Assembly: GCF_009914755.1 (NCBI RefSeq)
Contig: NC_060925.1
From: the human T2T-CHM13v2.0 reference genome, Homo sapiens
Direction: 5' to 3' (one strand)
Length of the DNA stretch: 64,000 nucleotides
Part shown: positions 58,656-64,000 of the stretch, one piece after another
Numbering within the stretch: the stretch's first letter is position 1
How the letters are laid out: every line of letters starts with the position of its first letter
Notes under the pieces: model-generated
The model's database searches: none
What the model was told of the DNA's origin: nothing
The model's input: only the letters and a program-made list of their open reading frames with translations
Translations under genes and position numbers: made by a program

Positions 58656-59859
58656 ACCATATTTTTGCAAATGCAAGCCTAGATATTGGTCTCAGGTGCA
58701 GAAAGATAGATTGTCACAATTATACGTGTGGTATTGGCATGTGCTTGTATTTCTCTTTTCCAATTTAAGGTCGTCAACCCCAAAGTCTGGCAGAGTTAGC
58801 TTGGTACACACAAAAATGGGGTTTGGGCTGGCAGAAAAAGAAACAATGAGAGAGTGTAAAAGGCAGAGGCATACTTGGTAGAAACAGATAATAAGGCCAT
58901 GACAGCCACCCCTCATCCTTCCCCTCTCATAAATATGGAGAAGTGGCAAAGAGCAACAGAAGAGGGAATGGAGGAGGAGGAGGAGGCGAGTCGGTTGTGC
59001 ATGCAGCACATTTTGCTGAGCCAGAAATAAGAGTGAAGCTCAGTGATGTCCTGGCTTCAGAACCTTAGGGATGCTGGTGGGGAAAATATTCAAATAGCAT
59101 CATTGGATATTAGATGTTGAAAGAGCTAAGATAAGCTGCAGATTACTTTTTAATAAAAGTAGCTTTGGAAGTTGTCTTTGTCTCTTATCCTTCTTATTTG
59201 CTGTATTCATTGGAAACCCTGCCATTAGCATTAATTGAAAGAAAGCACCCAGTGTGCTTAAATCTTTGTCAGAGGAAAAAAGACTCCTCCAGATCAAAGA
59301 ACCAACATTATGCTCTGATGAAAAGATAATCCTATTTCAGTGACACACCACAATTGATTTCTTTGTGGACCATCAGCAATCCATTTACATACGACAGTTG
59401 ATGTTCAATGTAATCGTGGTTCAACAGGGGCTTAATGAATGCCTACTATGTGCTAGCCCAAGTTCAAGTGCCAGAGAGAACAAAAATGACTTCAGAAAAA
59501 GTGCCCCTCCCTTCTAAGAGCATGGAACACATTTGAGACAGTAAAATATTGTAGGATATATACATGGAATCTCAGGAGAAAACAGAGTAATGTGGTTCAC
59601 AGTAATGTTGTCATAATTAACAAAGGAAGGGCTAAAAGACCAAATACAAAACTGTAAACAAAGTATTGTCAATATGGGTAGAAAAACTTCAATTCATTAA
59701 AAAAAAATTTAACTACACATCATCCATATTAAAGTATGCAATACTGACTCTGTGTCAATGTCCAGAGCCTCCTCCTGTTTCACAAAGAAGACCTGAGAGG
59801 GAGCATAAATGTAAGAGTGAATACCAAAAGAGAATCCTAGCAGATGAGTAAGATAAGTA

Positions 59860-60010
59860 TGGTATGCCTTATCTAAAGAGGTTGATAAATCTTATTTTAT
59901 AGATAAAACTGAGACCCAAGGATATAAAGCAATCTGTCACTTGTTGCACAGATGAACAAACTGAAATTCAAACACAGACCATCAGAATCCTAAAACCATT
60001 TTTCTTTTGT
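59860..60010 (-). mobile_element. MIR fragment
   Basis: attttatagataaaactgagacccaagga...aattcaaacacagacc. Confidence 0.6.
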
Positions 60011-60199
60011 TCTGTTTTTCTCCACATTATTCTGGTTTCCCTGCCATAACCAGGAATAGCTAAGATTATGTCTGGGGAAGACAGGATAGTAGATATCTAG
60101 CAAGCTGCCTCACCTAACCATCCTCACATTCTCTAAGAATAGCCAGAAGAGCCTCCAAATCCACATAGTAACATTGGTGTGCTCCTGAGAGCAATTCTG

Positions 60200-60630
60200 T
60201 GATGCTTTCCTTATGACCAAGGTTGATTGGGCCAGAAGTGGTATATGACATGGTTGAGACAATTGATGACCTTTCTCCCTATTTCATTCTTTGACCCTAA
60301 TTGTTTTTTTTTTTCAGGGATGATTGGTCCCTAAACCAAACAGAGTAAGGAAAAGAAATTCAGTCTCAGATGAAGTGGTGGGTTTTTATTAGGAAACTGG
60401 GAAATGTCAGCTCCATGTGTTCTGCAATATGCTCCAATCATTCAATCCAATCAAAGCTGGTCTATAGAGAAAAAAAATATAGCCTGGAAAGAAGCAGACT
60501 CTGTCCCTTTTGGAGGCCCAGCTGCATCTCTGCCCCGGGCTTTGTGAAATACTCTGAGAGGAATTACCCTTTTCTGCTTAAGCCAACCTAGTGGATTTTA
60601 GTCACTTGCAGTGAAACGAATTTGACCCAA
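60200..60630 (+). mobile_element. Old MLT1-like LTR remnant
   Basis: gattgggccagaagtggtatatgac...aattacccttttctgcttaagccaacctagtggattttagtcacttgca. Confidence 0.5.
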
Positions 60631-61129
60631 GAGGAAGTACGTGGATCTTAGTGGCGAAGTGAGGAAGCAATGTTAAGATAAGCAAAAAGGCTGAGAGGTT
60701 TAGAGAAACAGAAACAAATGATGAGATAGTGAAGAGGTACATGGTTTAGGAAGTTAGGGTCCAAACATGGAGTAACCATCCTTTTATGCTACACTTGCCA
60801 TGTAGTGGCAGATTTTCTAAGAAGGCAGAGCCATTAGAAAATGTGATTATGAACTGGTCAATAGCAGATTTGTCATCTATGTTCACTGGAATCTCCCCTG
60901 GGTTCAGAATGAATTAGAATGGGTAAGATGTTTATCATTGTAGCCAATAGCAGCATAAATGGAAGCAGAATTTGAATCATAATTGAAAAAGGCGTTCAGT
61001 GAAGTGAAATGGGAGTGATGTAACCTTATAAGGAAGAGATAGATATCAGACTTAAATTTGCAAGTGGAAAGACATGGGAATTCCTTATTCCAGTTTGTTA
61101 CTGTTAACAATTCAAGACTAATGGGATGG

Positions 61130-61990
61130 ATGATAGCAGGTTGTAAAGCATGGAGACTGCAGTCAGGCTGCTAGGTTCAAATCCCAGATCTGCTACTTGT
61201 TAGCTTCGGAACCATGGGTTAGTTATTTTATACTTTGTAAATTTCTAAAAGAAGAATAGCTGACAACCTGCTATCTGTTGCTACGTAATATAACCAACCC
61301 AAAACTTGTTGCCCTAAAACAAAGAGCATTTATTCTTGTTCACAGTTACCTGGTTTCTTTAGATATTTTTTATGGTCTCAACTCAGGGATTCTTCTGGTC
61401 TCAGTTGGGCTTATTCATGGGCCTACAGTCTGAGTACAGCATCCATGCTCTGAAACCACTATGCCATATGGCTTCACAAGCATAAATTATATCACCTGCT
61501 GCTCTTGGCTTGGTTCTCTTACATGTTTTGAGGTTAACTGGATGGAAGCTACTCTAGATAGTTTGACTGCGACAGATCTCCTTTATGTGGTCTCTCAACT
61601 ACCAGGAGGTTAGCTCAGGCTTATGGCAGGAGCCATCTGAGAGAGAGACAGCAGAAATATGCAAGTTGTGGCATGATCTCAGAACTGGTACAACATCACT
61701 TCCACTGCATTCTATTGGCCAATGCAAATCAGATCAACTCAAATTCAGAGTTTAGGAAAACAGACTTTACTGCTTGACAGAAGAACCTACAATGTTATAC
61801 TAAATGGGCAGTTATAGGACTATCTGGGTGAAAGGGTATTTTGCATTCAATTTATCACAATGGACATAATAATAGTACCTACTACCTAGTGTTATTTTGA
61901 AGATTAAACGTGTTATTGTATGCAAAGCCCTTAGCATAGTGTCTGACAGATGTGCAGTGTTATTTAAGAGTTTGTTTGTTTTTATTATCC
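61130..61990 (+). mobile_element. MIR split by an MLT1 LTR
   Basis: Left half gactgcagtcaggctgctaggttcaaatcccagatctgctactt; right half (from 61860) ataataatagtacctac..gttattttgaagattaaa..gtatgcaaagcccttagcatagtgtctgaca. Confidence 0.75.
61261..61859 (-). mobile_element. MLT1G/H-like solo LTR
   Basis: tatctgttgctacgtaa...cccaaaactt..taaaacaa...gaactggtacaacatcacttccactgcattctattggcca...caatttatcaca. Confidence 0.75.
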
Positions 61991-62149
61991 TGATATCTTA
62001 ATAGACCCAGACAGGACAACAATTTGTCACCTTCTTAGCATGGGGAACAATGATATTATCATGATTTTTTAAGTCATATCTTAAAATTTGAGCCAAAGAG
62101 TGCACCCATTGTTACAACACATCATTGCTTTCCAGTATTTAAAACTGCA

Positions 62150-62310
62150 GGAGAGGCAAGGGCTCTAACCTCTAGTTTTATTTGTATCAGTGCATTGCTA
62201 TGACTTCTGGCAAGATAGCTGATATGCGCAGGCTTCTGCTTCCTCACTGTAAAGCAAGGTTTGGACTTCATGATCTTAAGTGTCTCCTAACTGCTAACCA
62301 CTAACGAATC
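62150..62310 (+). mobile_element. MIR3 fragment
   Basis: ctatgacttctggcaag...ctgcttcctcactgtaaagcaaggtttggacttcatgatcttaagtgtctcc. Confidence 0.55.
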
Positions 62311-64000
62311 CTGAGAAGAATACTCTCCCCAATTTTATTCCAACAGCTAATGGGAAAGGGTGAGTCTTCTCACTGCATTGACAAAAAATTGCTTTTAACG
62401 AAAAAGAATGCCAGATGGAACTGGGCTGCTGAGAATAACCAGGAACTTAAAGTGAATTGTCAAAAACAAGTTGACCTAAAACAATTTTCTCAAAGTCTAA
62501 GTGTTGGAAAGAATAAATTGGTCAAAAAAATCATCTAATACAGATTTTTCATTTTAGTAATTTTGATGCACTTGAAGAAGTTTTATTAGCTTTCATGAGT
62601 AATTAAGCTTTTTTGTCATTTTATTCCCCACAATTTTCAGGGGAACAAAGGTTCCTTTTCTTTTTTGTTTCTAATTCATATAGTCAATTATGTCTGCTCT
62701 GCTCATTTGTCTTAAAGTTAATTATTCTAAAAATCAATGTTTCCAACTGCCAGTTAACATTATTTATAATTTTGAAATTTGTTATAATTCTTAGAACTTT
62801 TATCCATATTTTTTATGTTATACTTCTTACTACATAATTTCACTTTTTAAAATGTTTAGATTCATTTTCAGCCAGTGATGTTAACTTCATTTACTTAATC
62901 CTATTTTGTGTTCCATTTTGGTTGCACATTTCTTACGTATTTCAGCAAATTTTACAGAGCAGCATTTTTACTACTCAAGGTTGCTGTCAGATTGAAGCTG
63001 TAATGAAAAACATGTAAAGTCTCAGTGTGGCTTCTCAGACAGCTATAAGCTTAGGCTAAAATTTGTTGACCTAACAATGAATAAATGTTTCATGGGTAAA
63101 ACTCTTGATAGCAATTGGCTCTGGGCCCCTAGTAACTTCACTGAAGAAAGCTAGGAAAAGAAATATATGCTAGCTTTTCTGATCCAGTTAATCACTACAT
63201 TAACTTTATAGTTGAAAGCCTTCATGACTGAAATGAAAAATGCAGAATGTTCTAAGTCAATGTGGTGATTAACACAACTTCAACGATATCCAGTAACTTT
63301 ATTCTTCAGAATCATCTTTTGTCACATCACATCTTTAATTCTGCAGATTCCTTGGAACACACAATTGTTACAAAAGAGCAAATGACTAATTAAAACAGAT
63401 TTAGACTAGGTCGGTTTGAGCAATTTGGTACAAAATCATAAAAGTATTGCTAAATCAGAAAAGCAAACATAATGGGATGAAAATGCATCATAAATTGAAA
63501 ACAGAAGTTTAAAAAACTGGAGAAAAATCTTCTAAATCCTGAAAAAGGAAAAAACAAACCATTACAATTCTAAACACCTTCCACATTATTTCCACATTAA
63601 TAATATATGAATAACCAATTATAGAAGAATAGTCACGTTTTATCATTTTTACTAGTTTGGTTTTAGGCAAATTGTTTTTGACCAAATTGGCAGCTAACAA
63701 ATAGAAGCAGTGATTTGAGCCAATACCCTTTAAATGTGCTAGGGTGATTCATGGTGCTATTTTAAACAGACAGAATTTCATCTGGGTTTATTGACACAAT
63801 TTATCTCAAACTCTTCAACTTCTTGCTCTTTGGTTCTAGAATTTCTTTTCAGTTCTGACCTCCCCACATGTGTCTGATGTTGGAATTCTCATCGCTGGCC
63901 TCTGCTTTCATTTACATCTAGTGAGAACTAGACCAGGTTTTCAGCTTTCTGCTTTCATCATTCCTTTTGTTCATTAGGTCCTTTTTCTTTCTTTGGAACC

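Overview
Human genomic DNA. An Alu carrying all five AluYa5 diagnostic bases makes human by far the most likely source. The window is AT-rich and reads as intergenic or deep intronic; I can support no cellular protein-coding exon. Every long ORF in the track derives from L1, Alu or LTR sequence. The first ~14 kb is a multi-level nest: old L1M/L1ME containing a full-length MST MaLR provirus, an L1MC 3' end with an MLT1A inside it, and a hAT-Charlie transposase fossil carrying MSTA, AluJ and AluY. The middle has repeat-poor stretches with candidate regulatory motifs (a homeodomain-motif cluster, a strong CTCF site), a MER53 palindrome, a solo LTR12C (ERV9) with a perfect TSD, and a U1 snRNA retrocopy. 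At 50.7-57.0 kb a full-length, inactivated L1PA2/L1PA3-type element (minus strand) splits an MLT1 LTR and is itself interrupted in ORF2 by a young AluYa5; an MLT2A2 (HERV-L) LTR follows. I did not find a convincing previously undescribed biological system. The best leads are regulatory or evolutionary: DUX4-type motifs in four LTRs, the LTR12C promoter, a possibly polymorphic AluYa5-in-L1 insertion that creates an endonuclease-Alu fusion ORF, and a miR-1302-like MER53. Subfamily names come from remembered consensus sequences, not a RepeatMasker run; boundaries without a TSD are approximate.
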